DNA of 64,000 nt from Rhodosorus marinus CCMP1338 (Eukaryota; Plantae; Rhodophyta): assembly GCA_029953675.1 (NCBI GenBank), contig JAMWBK010000002.1, positions 1,550,001 through 1,614,000 on the forward strand, given 5' to 3'. The notes under the pieces were generated by a model that saw only the letters and a list, made by a program, of their open reading frames with translations, had not been told where the DNA came from and made no database searches. Numbering within the stretch: position 1 is the first letter of the stretch; each line of letters opens with the position of its first letter. Below are positions 20,794-33,080 of this stretch, piece after piece. The position numbers were made by a program, and so were the translations under genes.

Positions 20794-21435
20794 ATGGCAC
20801 CGTTCTGGAGGAACATATTTATATACCACGTGATTTGTGCTGGTGTGGGATGGCGGTTCGGGTATTTGCCGAGAGTGTTCAAGGAAATCGTTTCGTTGCC
20901 TATGCTCAAAGCCGCACCATTGAAGACGCTGTTTGGGGGCTTTGCTGCTATGGGTTTCTCTGCCGCGGTTACTCTGGCTGCGAATGTGCCTTATTCAAAA
21001 GCAGTTGAAAGGGGTGGAAGGAAGCCCTCGTGGCCTGCAACAGCCCTCTTCGCGTTGAGCAATGGAGTCTTTGAGAGCTTCGCGTTTCTAGCTTCTTTTG
21101 ATTGCGGGGTACAGTTGATGAGCAAGTTTACCAGCAACAGGTACTGGCTCTTCAACGCGGGACTCATGCTGTGCACTGTGTACAACGGGTTCATTCATGC
21201 GTTATTCTGGGTCCGGTACGGTCTCCCCCCGCATATTAAGAAGCCCAACGCAAATTTGCCGAAGGATCGCGGACCTCCAAAGTTTCTGCAAGGATTTCTC
21301 GCGATGCTCGCCAGTTGGTTGCTGGTCTATTACCGCTACGAAAACGTGACCATGTTCATTGGTCTGCATGTCGTTGCAGATACGTGCCTTGCCCATCTTA
21401 TCGCGCTTCCTCAGCCAACCGAGACCTCTCAGTGA
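20794..21435 (+). CDS. Multi-pass membrane protein, possibly a divergent CPBP/Abi superfamily member
   Basis: The 213-aa intronless ORF has 5-6 hydrophobic segments and helix-embedded motifs NGVFESFAF, YNGFIH and LHVVAD. Confidence 0.55.
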   Translation: MAPFWRNIFIYHVICAGVGWRFGYLPRVFKEIVSLPMLKAAPLKTLFGGFAAMGFSAAVTLAANVPYSKAVERGGRKPSWPATALFALSNGVFESFAFLASFDCGVQLMSKFTSNRYWLFNAGLMLCTVYNGFIHALFWVRYGLPPHIKKPNANLPKDRGPPKFLQGFLAMLASWLLVYYRYENVTMFIGLHVVADTCLAHLIALPQPTETSQ

Positions 21436-21714
21436 TTCTGCCGAGTCCCAGTTTGCCGAGTCCCAGTTTGCGCCCTAGAACTACCCCAGGAGGTCAGTTG
21501 CACCGAAGCTTTGCGTATAATCTTGCCACGCGAATCTTGCGACAAAGTTTACATAATTCTCAAAAAAAATTCAGTAGCACTGATTCTCTCCCAGCTGTTG
21601 TGCTAGGATAGCTCGCGTCTATACAACACCGCGTTCTTTCTGCCTCCATGCCAGCACTTTTTGTGTCTGAGGTTGGCAATTGTGATGAACATCGCCTTGT
21701 CTCTCACACCTAGC

Positions 21715-24700
21715 TTACTTTTTGAAATCCGACTTGCCTGGATCAGCAATTCGTGACGAGGAAGACGTGTTCGCAACATACTTCCCAATGAAGTTCTTCA
21801 TTTTCCTCGAGTTCGAGCGCTTCGTCTTCACTCTATCAGGCAGGTCCATAGCAATACCAGCAGATAACGGATCTACCTCTTCATAGCTCAGGCTTATACT
21901 TCCATCCAATCTGCCAACGAGCTTACTCGACAGTCGTATGGGAACCGAGAATACACCACCATGAGATAACGGAATAACAAAGCTTCCAGAGGGAAGATCA
22001 TCACCATAAGCTGAAGCGATCATGACCTGTCCAAAAATGTACGAGGACTTGACCTACCCGAGAAAAAATCGAAAAGAATCAAGCAAAGGGACACGTTATC
22101 GACCAGACCTGCTATTTCATCCCAGCATCACAGCGGCAGGCAGACAGTGCAGCGTATCGCTATGGAAAGATCAATCAGTGGCCCTCAATTGCGTCAACTC
22201 AACCTACCTCATCTCGACAGCTTGGAATCAACTGAAGCAGTTGTGGCTCAATCCAAGACGGTGATCCACCTGAGTTGAAGCTTGAAAGCCTAGTTGAAAG
22301 GTACTCCACCGCCAAGTCGCACTGAATTGTCAAGTACGTGTCTAGTTGAAGCTTTGAATCGTTGTTTTTCGGGTGCTTGACGCCGTAGGCTCGGAGATCC
22401 TCGATAAGTACACTACAGCGCAAACATTGCATTCAGACGTTAGTAGGTACATGGGAGACTCGCAAGACCGGATTCTCGCGAAGATGGATACTTCACAAAC
22501 GAGCTCCTCGGCGGGAAAGCGAAGTAGTAGTAGAAAGCGTTTTAACGTGGAATGCGGCCTACCTGCACGTATAGGCCGTGTTCGGAATGAATGGAGCAGG
22601 AGCTCCCTGGATGACCTCATCAACGAGGAGGACTGTTGACCTTTCTCCACATGCAACGGGGTCGTTTTTGCGTAGCAAGTCCTGCTTGATGCTTCCGGGC
22701 AAGCCGTATCTCAACGCGAAATGACCACTGCGTAAGATTCTCGACCAGAATCCTTGTCCCAATTCTTTCCAAGTAACTTGCTCCTTGCCTGCCGCTGGCG
22801 GGTTGGAAAGTATGCTTCCCCCGACGAAAAAGTGCTCGTACTGTGAGGATATGTCAAAACCATGCCTTCCGATGTTGATGGAGCCAATCGACGAAGGAAA
22901 ATCTGCGGGCCTCTGCAGCACAGCGCCGACAAAGCAAACGGAAGTCCCAGCGACTGCTAGGGAGATGACGCTCACATTGTTGTGCCCGGTCGGGAGCCTA
23001 GTAGATTGATTCTCAACCTGTGAAGGAGTAACGCGTGATGTGAGCTCCCTAACAGGCTGTGATTTGATTTGACGGGGCAATGGATGTCTTCGAAATGCGC
23101 GGAATTGACTTACTTGCATGACGGACGAGGCAATTGCCTTTGAAGCGAGAATCGCGATGTTCGGGCCAACACGAGAGCTAGAGGCTACATCAATTAGTAC
23201 GTAGTTACCATCATCAATGTCAAGAGGAACACATGCCAAGCCCGAGTCCCTAGACCTGCAATAACCAAACACGAAATGGCCTGAGCATCATCGCTAGCCA
23301 CTTAATCGATCCATGCTTGAAATCATACCGAGTGGAAGCTCTTGGACGCACTATGCACAACAGCTCTCCATGGTCCTGCCCAACGCATGGCAAGTTGAGA
23401 CTCTGTAAGCGGAATGGTTCCTGACTGCCTTCGTACGCCACGACCCTTACTCGGATGGGTGTTCCAAAGGTTTTCGTCTTGTTTAAGGTTGACAGCGATT
23501 TAAGGAAAGGAAAAGAGGCACCAAAAGCCCCGATATCAGATTCTAAGTGTGATATGGAGTAAACGTTTTCCACAGGTGGAAACACATTTTGTTGTGAAGA
23601 TACCTGAGGCGGGTCGCTCCATAGCAGAAGCATTCTGAGAAACCTTTCTCTAGCACCTGGGTTTTTCCTGAACTGCAGGACCAGCGGTGATGATGCCGGG
23701 CTGACGTCCTCCGTGCCGGGTCTAAAGTGTAATTTTAGTCGTGGCCTTTCGGAACGATGGTTGTCCCTCTCAAAGCTGAAGAGGGAACCTCGTTTGTACT
23801 CAAACCCAAGTCCTTCTGGAGTCTTCAAAAGCAGCGACTCTTCCCTTATTTCCACTCGACTCTCTTGTCGATCACCGCCTGCCGACACCAACTGCGCGTC
23901 CGAATAGGCCGCCCAAATTGGGTTGTCGTGGTGGGACAGCGTTCTCATCTGTACATTGGTTGCATAACCTGTCATGAGGTCAATAATATCCTGTCGGTTC
24001 TCATCAATAACGTTCTTATAGTACATCCTCTTCACGGACTTGACCCCATCTGAGATCTTGCCCGATGTCGATCGCTTTCCTGTTTTTGTCATGTCAGTCT
24101 TCATAGCTTTAGTACCCTGTCCAGGAAAACGAAACGATAGGAGAAGATTTAGATTCACAAGAATGAGAGTGGGAACCAATCCCGCGAAGCATTGAGTGAA
24201 GCATTTGGCACCCGAACAGTCACTGGTTTCAATGAAGCTGTATAAAACGACCACTTACAGCATATTGAATTGAAATGGCGTCAGCATTTCTCGCCCAAAC
24301 TACTCTAAAGGCATCTTCCGCCTCCCTTCCAATTGATTTTGGGACCTGTCCTGTCATCTCCTTGATCTGCATGCTTAGAGCGACTCTAGCAGCATGGCTT
24401 TGCACCACGTTTGTCCTGTCCAGGCAATCTACGCAGTTGACCCTGAGTAAACCTGTCTGTCTACGTGTAACTTCGACACGCCGATTTTCTTCGCGAACAG
24501 AGTGCACTCCGTGCTTGTATAAGAAGGGCTTTAACCTTGAGAGTAGGCTGGCCTTGCCGCGTTCCTGTTCCCTCCCAGTGCAATGAGCGTGAAAATCGAA
24601 AGCTAGCAGTTGTGCGTTGGCTATATGTTCGAGCTCAAACAGCCTCTCGTACATCTCACAGAGCACTGCTTCCGAGCCCTTGAACGATACAAGGGAGACG

Positions 24701-25647
24701 GCCAGAATGTGCCCATAGGAGCTTGTGAGTTTCTTGAAATGCCGCCGGAAAACGGGCCTCGAATAGACCAGAGGCGCGGAGATTTCCGGAGGCGGTTTCA
24801 GGGCTCCATCGTTTTGCCTCCAGAAAGACGGAATGGAGCCTCTAATGATCCTATATGCTGAAGTTCTCATGAGCCTCGAACTCCAGACCACCTGCTCAGT
24901 CTCAACAAAGTTGGAAACATCGGCAGCGTTGTCTACACCTCGAGACATGTACCTCGTTCCGCTTCTTCTTCTGCTTCTGCGGCTCACGAGGGATACATCC
25001 AGCTGTTCCTTGCTAGGTAGTTTAAACGAGAAGCTTTCAACAAAGCCATAAATGGTCCGCAGCCCCCACCTCTTCGCATAGTTTGGAAGGTGTTTGACGA
25101 GTGAGAAAGTCCACCAAAATGCTGAGTCATACGCCTCCGCTTTGTCGATACGTGTCATGGACTGTGTAAGGTCCGCATCGTAACAGAAGTAGAAAAACCC
25201 GGATTCCAGCAGCTGAGCAACGGATGACGCAACATCTCTATCGACTTTCCTCGCCTCTTCCTTATGAATCTTGAAGAACAGCACTTTGTTGATTGAGAAA
25301 ACATCTGCCGAGGGAAGTGAACCCGCGACCCGGGTTTGACGAACAAGAACCATGTAGGGCCCACTCGGTAGGCCGAGCACACCCAGGAACCCCACGGCAT
25401 AGTCGACACCAACGGAAGTTTCAGCTCCTCCGTGCTGTGCAAGCTCATCCTTGTTATTGGCTAAAATCACTTTCGAACCGTCGAAAGGAAAAACCAAAGA
25501 TTTATGCTTGAACGAGGCCGCCTTATCCCCTCCGGAAGCCGTCGCCCAGTCATCAATCACCCCAGGTTTGACCGACTGTTCAGATATATCCTCGAGTACC
25601 AAACGGTCTCTGAAATGGATAATCCGAATCGAATGAGGCCGGCTCAT
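21715..25647 (-). CDS. SAC1-domain phosphoinositide phosphatase with a long C-terminal extension (synaptojanin-like), multi-exon
   Basis: SAC motifs are SRRSRRRSGTRYMSRGVD, RGSIPSFWRQ, catalytic RVNCVDCLDRTNVVQ, WARNADAISIQYA and KTDMTKTGKR. Downstream exons (22559-23272, 22199-22400, 21715-22023) are linked by GT-AG junctions. The 3' end is approximate. Confidence 0.85.
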
Positions 25648-26500
25648 ATCATAGTCCCACCACGACCCTCACATCACATCATCAGATCTCCATCCTGGTC
25701 CATTCCTTCCGAATCGTTTAGACTCAACTTCATCAATCAAGTACCGTACCCTACAACGCATCAAAAAACAAGGACTCTTATCTCCTTCAAAGGACAGACT
25801 TGGACGTAACGATCCGCTTCCGTAAGCACCCGATGCTTGCCTGCTGCTAAGGAAGTGCCTGCGGACACTCAGGCGTCACGGAGGAGCAATCCAAGTCGTA
25901 CTCGAGCACTTGTTCATTTGACAGTGTCCTTTTCTGCACTACAAGGCAAGCAAAAAAAAAGAAGCGAAAAGGCGCTCTCGATGAAATCATCGACCACAGC
26001 TCGGAACTGGGATCTAGGTTGCCCACGAGGGTACAGTAGATACAAGCGTGCACACGATCCTTCCTCGAACAGGTCCTTAGGGGAATTGACGAATCCACCA
26101 ATCCACTGAGCCCCATTGCGACTGCGAGAACTGAGGAATTCCCGCAGTGGGTGTAATTGAGCCCCACAACTCAGCGTACTAATGCCCGCTCGTTCGGGAC
26201 AAATGCTTTGCCAACCCAGCAACAGTCCTTCCGAACACTTGGAGTTTCTGCTGTCCGTCAACTTATGACATTCATGTCACATCTGAATTTTCTGTTTCTA
26301 TCTTCTTCTACCCCACGCAAGCGGCTGCTGCTTCGCTCGCTCCCCCAGCCCTTGTAGAAGCTCGAAGCCGTCGTTGGACAACTGTCTATTCCAAGAAACT
26401 ACTAAAATTCAATTCAATCTAAAAACTAATGAAATACTGGAATCATTGTCCTGGCTTCCTGAGTAACCCGTGACTGTTTGCTGGGACCTTAAGTGCGGTG

Positions 26501-26860
26501 ATGGACTGCTCGCTGTATGACTTGTGTGCGGATGATGACAGCGTTTTGTGTACCGCGAGCTTCTTGTGGGCGGAAGCAAGCCGTGTTCAAGCCTCCAGCT
26601 GCCCTAGAGTCGACAAGCGAGAGCTTGGGGGTCGTCTCTTAGAGCGGCATAACCAAGCAGCGAACGAATCAGGTGTTTCCTCGATTGAGAAGGGTCTAGT
26701 GCGAAAAGAAAGACCTCCACGGTTCGGAACTATAATCAGAAAATTCCTCTTGCTTCTCCGGAAATTCAACGCACGAGCAACGCACCAAAACGATCAGTTG
26801 GTAAAAGAAAACGTAGTTAAATCAAAAACAGAACCCTTCGCAAAAACAATCGTATTTTAA
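26501..26860 (+). CDS. Hypothetical protein (119 aa)
   Basis: ATG-initiated ORF in an otherwise empty interval, with no recognisable motif. Confidence 0.3.
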   Translation: MDCSLYDLCADDDSVLCTASFLWAEASRVQASSCPRVDKRELGGRLLERHNQAANESGVSSIEKGLVRKERPPRFGTIIRKFLLLLRKFNARATHQNDQLVKENVVKSKTEPFAKTIVF

Positions 26861-27142
26861 ATAATCGAACGGACAAGCTGGCCTCGACGAATACCATTCC
26901 CACGTAGCAGCACATCAAGACCTTTGCGGATCAATCTCTTATCCTCTCCGCCTTCCTCTCGGAACTGTTTCCTCTCTTGAGTGGTGGGGTGGCAACATAA
27001 CGATCTTTTCAGGTCGGCCTAGCCACGGTGGGCAACGGCCTGCGAACAGGGTTTAACGAGGCTCCCAAGCTCTCCAAAAATGCATTGGGCAACGACGCCG
27101 ACCGGGCCCAATCTAGGACATTTCTTCCGCGAGCAGTTGTTG

Positions 27143-29137
27143 TCAATCGTTCTGAGCAAGCACCGCTTCACGCATGGTTATGGTCCACCACGAGAACGAA
27201 CACTCCTTCCTGCAGTTTTGAAAAAGGTCCGAGTGATAATGTACTTGTAGTATCCCTACTATATATATATACTCTTGCGCTACCGTTTCGCTGCTTCTTG
27301 GAGAATACTCGATTGACCTTCTGGTTCCTAACATCAATGAGAACAAGTGAATCACGATTAGCATCTGTCAGTTCTCGTCCCCCCGGTGATCCGACGTCGT
27401 TGAATAACTCACAGCGTCTCCCGTGTTTTCCTTCGGCATGGTTTGCGTTTGCCGAAAACTGGCCTCGACCTATTCACCCAATACATTAGAAAAAACCGCA
27501 TTCAGCAATACTGATACGACATAAATCGAAAAGCCGTCTCCGGGCACACCTCTACATGCTTCATCTGCATGTCCATCCGCCTAGCTTCCGATTCCATCGC
27601 ATAGTTCCCTTTCTCTTCTGTAGCCTCCAGTACTTGCGGGTGGTAGAAGGCAACTTCCTTCAAATACTCTTGTCTCATTTGGGGCTCCGTAAGTCGGTGT
27701 CTCTCAAAGCTGAAATCGTCAGATGAGAAAACCGGAGCCTCCACAAATCTTTCCCTGTAAACATCTCTGAACTCGGCAAAATACGGACTACTGAGCGCCT
27801 CCCCAGCTGAAATTCTCTCGTCAGGGTCAAAAGTTAACATTCCGCTCAAGAGGGCGAGCTCCTCATCCTCCGCGTTCGGGAACAATGTTCTCAGCGGAAC
27901 GCCCTCCCGACGAGGTAGCGAAGCGACCACCTCTCTAGCCTACAACAAGAAGATCACACGTCATGACGTGGTGATAAGCCTCTGGAGATGGGTACTCAAT
28001 CATGCGCGAGTGGTGGGAACTGCAACACAGTACCTTTTGGGTTCGCAGCTTCGCAATCAGCGCTGGAGAGGGTGTACCGGTGACCTGAGTGATTAAGTCA
28101 AATTGCTCCTCTATTGTGCTTCCAGGAAACAGTGGCTCTCCTCGACTGAGAATCTCGGCGAAAATACACCCAACACTCCACATGTCGATTGCAGTAGAAT
28201 AGTGAGCCATATGGACCAAGATCAACTCCGGGGCCCGGTACCATCTCGTGGCGACGTAGTCTGTCCACCAAACCAGTTCCTCAGAATGTCCCTCTACCAC
28301 CGCTCGTGCCAAACCTGAGAGTGGGAACTGAGTTAGAGAAATGGTATTTCTTCAAGGAATATGCAAGTGGCATACTCCCTCGGAGTATTCGCACGATCTT
28401 CTTACCAAAATCACATATGCTCACGTGGCACTTGGAGTTGAGTAGAATGTTCCCCGGTTTCAGGTCCCTGTGAAACACTTTTGCTCTGTGCAAGAAATCA
28501 ATTCCGCAGAGAATCTGGAACATGATGAACTTGATATGTCCTTTGCGGAGGTCGGTCTGGGACTTTAGAATCTTTCCAAGATCACCGGGAAACTTTTCGC
28601 ACACAACGTATACGTCCCGAAAATTTTCCCTAGAACATCAGGCAACAGTTTTCCCGTATGACGGGTTCACAAGATTTGTCCGTCTCAGCACAGTAGAGAG
28701 GATTTCCCTCTATTTTTCTCATCGATGGAGCCGGGGAAAGAATGCTCACCGCATCTCTGGAACGAGGACATCTCTCACTGTAACAATGTTCGGATGCTCT
28801 TGAAGCATACGAAGAAATTTTATCTCACGAAGTGCCCTGGTCGCTGAGGGATAGTCCTTGAGGACGTTTGAAATTCTTTTCACTGCGACCTCTTCTCCAG
28901 TCGTACTGTCCACTGCCGAAATAACCGTCCCATAAGCACCCTATGAAAATAAAATCAGAAAACGGAGCCAACATGAGTCAACGCACACGACCCACTAGAG
29001 GCGGACCAACCGACGCTGCGCTCAAGGTCACTCACAGAACCAATTATCTTTCCCGCAAAGTATCGAGTCGCAACACCAGAATCTATACTCGGTCCTCCCC
29101 TCTGGAATTCCGGCCCTAACCCACCATTCCATTCCAT
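27143..29137 (-). CDS. MAP kinase, TDY (plant group D-like) type, multi-exon
   Basis: Motifs are [58 protein letters not shown] and [10 protein letters not shown]. The last exon and stop are approximate. Confidence 0.92.
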
Positions 29138-29563
29138 CACAAACACAAAAATGCCTTCATAAAACAGCACCACTCCACATCGTTTAGCCGTCCATCTTCC
29201 CCCACGCCAAAACAAAAAACAGAACCGGTCCCATCAAAAACCTCCCCTCCACATTACGCATACAAGAAACCATGCAAACACCTTTTTCTACAATCACCTT
29301 TCACTCTCCTCTCTACACAGTCAATTCCTAAATAGTACTGCCTATCATCGAAATACCTCCTCAACCAGATTCAACAAACCCTTCCACCCTCCCAACCACC
29401 CCCAAACCCCCCCATTGGAGCTCTCAACGCCTTTCAACTAGCTCAAAAAGTCATCCCCTTAAAAAATAGAAAAACATATTGCACCCTTGATCACGACAAA
29501 AAAGGCCCCCTTTTTAGATCCAGTCAATGAGAACGTTGGGTACAAAAGAAAAAGGGCAGGCTG

Positions 29564-29717
29564 GTATGATATCCAAAAAAGGCAAGATGATTCGAAATTT
29601 GGTCTAAATAAGAACTTTTGAGGAAAGGGCGGGTGTAGGCGGGCTAGGTTAGTATGATATCGTAAAAAGGCAAGATGATTCGAAATTTGGTATAAATAAG
29701 AGGTTTTGAAAAGGGCG
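29564..29717. repeat. Imperfect direct repeat, about 66-bp core, 88-bp period
   Basis: gtatgatatc..aaaaaggcaagatgattcgaaatttggt.taaataaga..ttttga..aaagggcg occurs at 29564 and 29652. Confidence 0.85.
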
Positions 29718-30053
29718 TTGTAAATGGCGATGGTTTTAGAAGTTGTTGACAGTAGTTCTCAAAATAGCCGTTTTTGGTTTTCCTTTTTTTTGTTTTTTGT
29801 TTAGGTGAGGGCAGTGGGGTGATGTTGGTGGTATGGGCTGTTTTTTTGGTGTCCAATTCGGGATCCCCCTTTTTGGTGTTGAAGGTCGTGAAAGTTTTTC
29901 TGGATGAAGGTGAAGGTTAGTAGCGGGAGCTAAACTGGGTCTTCCGTCATGGCTTCCATAGCGGTTTGTCGTGAAAGGGGAGGAGCTCTTTGGGATTATG
30001 CATTAGTTGTGTGCTCCTAAGACTTATGTTTCTTGCAGACGTTCTTAGTATTA

Positions 30054-30174
30054 GGGTGGTGATCCGGCAAGGTGCCTCGGACACGCTCTGGCTCAAGCCT
30101 TCATCCTCAACGAGTTCAAGTATCGATGAGGTCATCAGTAGTAGGGGTGGTGATCCCGAAAGGTGCCTCCGACA
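30054..30174. repeat. Two 30-bp imperfect direct repeats (27/30 identical)
   Basis: gggtggtgatccggcaaggtgcctcggaca (30054-30083) and gggtggtgatcccgaaaggtgcctccgaca (30145-30174). Confidence 0.85.
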
Positions 30175-32239
30175 TGATCTGGAATAGAGCCCTTCCCCGC
30201 CGGGTGTTTAAGTATCAACAAGACTACCTAGTCAAGATGCCCCGGTCGATCTGTTCTGGATGTTTAAAGGAGGTCGTTCGTAATGATAGTAACTCAGGTT
30301 CATATTAATTGTCAAACTAGCGTGTGCATGCCCAGTTGAATCACAGCAGCTTCATCACGCATCTGAACGTTCACACGGATAAGATCAACCAGACACAACA
30401 ACCTTCTCCCAACACCAGCAGAACCAGAAGATTAGCTGGATTTCAATCTCATGAGGAAGTTGCTCGGGATTAGTCGGTCTGGTGTTTCAACTCCCAACCG
30501 AGCACCCGCGTGAGGCAAAAAAAGAAACACAGGAAAACTAAATAAATACTATACTCGAAGGGTCAGAAATCACAGCTCTCGGAAGACTTACAAACCTAAA
30601 TACATACATATGCTTTTTACCGCATCCCCACCTTTAGCCACTATGTGCAGTCCTTTGCTATGCAAAGGAATTGTCCACAGCCACCACCGCCAAAGTCGTC
30701 ACCTACTTCTCCTCAGTACCCACGCTCCCCCCATAAAACCCTCGACTCCACGCCCCATTTTGATCAAAATTCTGGTCCAGAAAAGTCCGCCAGAAGTCGG
30801 ACAGAAGAAAAAAAAAAAGCGAACAAGTTTTTCGATTAAAAATTATGGTTTATATTTACCATAGCTTTTTTTTCATCCTCCATGAGTTCAATCTAATTAA
30901 ACAAGAAAAAAATAAATCGATATCGAATCCGCGTGCGTGACAATTTACGCCCTTTTCGAATGGTTCGCAGAGGACAGGCTGTCCAGGTCTGGTAATTTCT
31001 ATAAATGACTTTTTCGGGTCCCTTTTTTCATCGATAAATAGAGAGATGTTCTGACTGGCTGATGGGATAGGATTATCGTGTTCTTACTCGTTAGAAGAAA
31101 TCCGTATTGATAGATGACTGTTTTATATTGTTTTGTTATGTTTTAGAGTGGCACGGGGATGGCTATGGCGTTCTATGTCGGAAGCTGAGGTGGGAGGGAG
31201 AGAGGGTTGGATGGTAAGGTTTCTAATGTTTACTTGAGGTTAGGGGGGCTGCTGCTGTTGAGTTCTGCTCTAGAGAAACCGGAACAGAAACAGAAAATCG
31301 TTGGTAAACTCCGAAGAGTTTAAGTTTCGGTTGGAACTGTTTGTAGTTTGTGCGGATGTTTTTTTGTTTTTTTTCGGCTTAAGCTTCAGTAGGCTGGATG
31401 GATCTGATCAGTGCCCAAGGATGTGTATTTGCTGGATGAATTTCAGGAATGTCTAGTAATTGAGCAATGGTTCTGGTCCTTCGGGGTTGATATGTTCGAC
31501 TTGGAGGAAGTAGAGGACTGGCGGAGTTCACACCTACTGGATCAGCTCGATCGCGAGTTCTCGATCGGTCTTAGAGCTCTCACCTCAGAGACTACGTCCG
31601 ACGTCTGTATTAATAATGACTGTGGGCCCGCATTTGCTGGGAGCGTACTGTTGGATCAGACCCCTCGAATCAACTCCTACGAACTGCATCATCCCGGGCG
31701 ACAATTCTGACTCTTGCATAATCTAAGCGGGTTTCGAACCCACGAAAACAAGGAATCCCTCACCTCCCTCGCATCAGTATCCACAAAACCAGATACACTT
31801 CTCAAAGCCATTCGCCACACCAAAAAAAAAATTCAAGCGGATTTGTGTTTACTATTACGAACAAACAACACATCAAAACAATTCACGAGCGAAAACTTCC
31901 AGCGGAACAAGTTCTGCGATGCTATACGAGAACGTCGATGGATTGTCACCGTCACACACCCACAGAATCACATCTTGAGCTCTTGTGAGTCATCAGTGCG
32001 CTTACCCAACCTTTGCCAGCCTCATCGTTTACGAGATGCGATCTCCTTCACGACTTCGGGCTTAGGGGCGTTAACAGGGAAGGGCTGGTGATCACCGCTG
32101 GACTGGACTGAAAAGAGTTTGACGAGGTTGGACAGACTGATTTGGCATTATTCTCGTAATTTTTCGACTTTGAGCAAAAAAGGTATCTGAGAGGAGACTG
32201 AGAATAGGCGAGTATTGTTGGACGGGTTGGAACGGAGAA

Positions 32240-32683
32240 ATGACAACATTTGTCGGGCCACTGAGTGCTGGCCGTAGTTCATTGTCTCCCGCTGGAGCAC
32301 GTGCTCAATGTCAAAGGAGACGTCTGGAATGGAGGAGAGTGGTGAGGTGTCAGAGCTCACACCTGCTACTTGGCGCTGAGCAGCTAACCCCTGCTGTTGA
32401 GATTTACGGCAAGTTGTTCTTCTTCGCGATTGGTTTGGTTGTCAGCACCTTTGTGTCGATTTTTTTCGTTGGCATTCTGGCTAGCAGGAACATTGAAGAT
32501 GTGAGCACACCCGCAAAACCATGCCTTGTCCTGTGGGACTCTAGCGCTCACGTTTTGGTTGGCTCCATTTCGTAGGTATCCAAGCAGATGAGCGAGGACG
32601 ACTTTGACGATGAGGAGATGATGGATAAATTTAACACAGCGATGGACGCAAGACGAGCCAAGCAATTACCGGAAGAGGATTAA
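32240..32683 (+). CDS. Small plastid-targeted single-pass membrane protein, unknown function, 2 exons
   Basis: The transit peptide reads MTTFVGPLSAGRSS...RRVVRCQ and the TM helix LFFFAIGLVVSTFVSIFFVGIL. A GTGAG...TAG intron leads to an acidic tail (DDFDDEEMMDKF...EED*). Confidence 0.6.
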
Positions 32684-33080
32684 CTATGAAGAACTCGAGA
32701 ACCCGAACTAGGCTTCCATGTAGACTCTGTGCCGGTTGCATGATATTCGGTTCTATTCATAACGGTGAAATTCTGTTGTTTTCATAGAAAGTCCACGGAA
32801 ACTATAAATTGAGACCTGCCTGAGCGAGTAATCCATTAGCGAAGCTTCTACCACTAGATCCCTCAGAAGCGCACCATACTGATGCGCCCACTGAGCTGAT
32901 TTCTTCCCAGGAAGGAATTTGTTTTGCAAAAGCGTGGTGCCTATACGGCTGTGCCAATGCTGAGAAACCCCGTCCTGCGTCTGCCCATGAGGATAGAGCC
33001 TCAAGATCGACAACCATCATGACCGACACATGCTGAACAGTCTAGGGGTTGCATGCTCCTTGATCGTTGTTGCAAGAACG

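Noticed and set aside
25837-26357. Several overlapping 100-aa ORFs between the SAC and MAPK genes
   Set aside because: I could not build a convincing start codon, splice model or motif.
30095-30140. CTGATGA followed by a stem on the minus strand (hammerhead-like)
   Set aside because: The stem is not followed by the obligatory GAAA, and stems I and III with a cleavage triplet are missing.
31727-31743. tRNA T-arm-like GTGGGTTCGAAACCCGC on the minus strand
   Set aside because: The acceptor and anticodon stems do not pair properly. At best it is a decayed tRNA or SINE fragment.
32753-33080. ORF with QHWHSRIG resembling the Copia pre-integrase WHxRLGH
   Set aside because: The second His and the CxxC are missing, and it is an isolated word.
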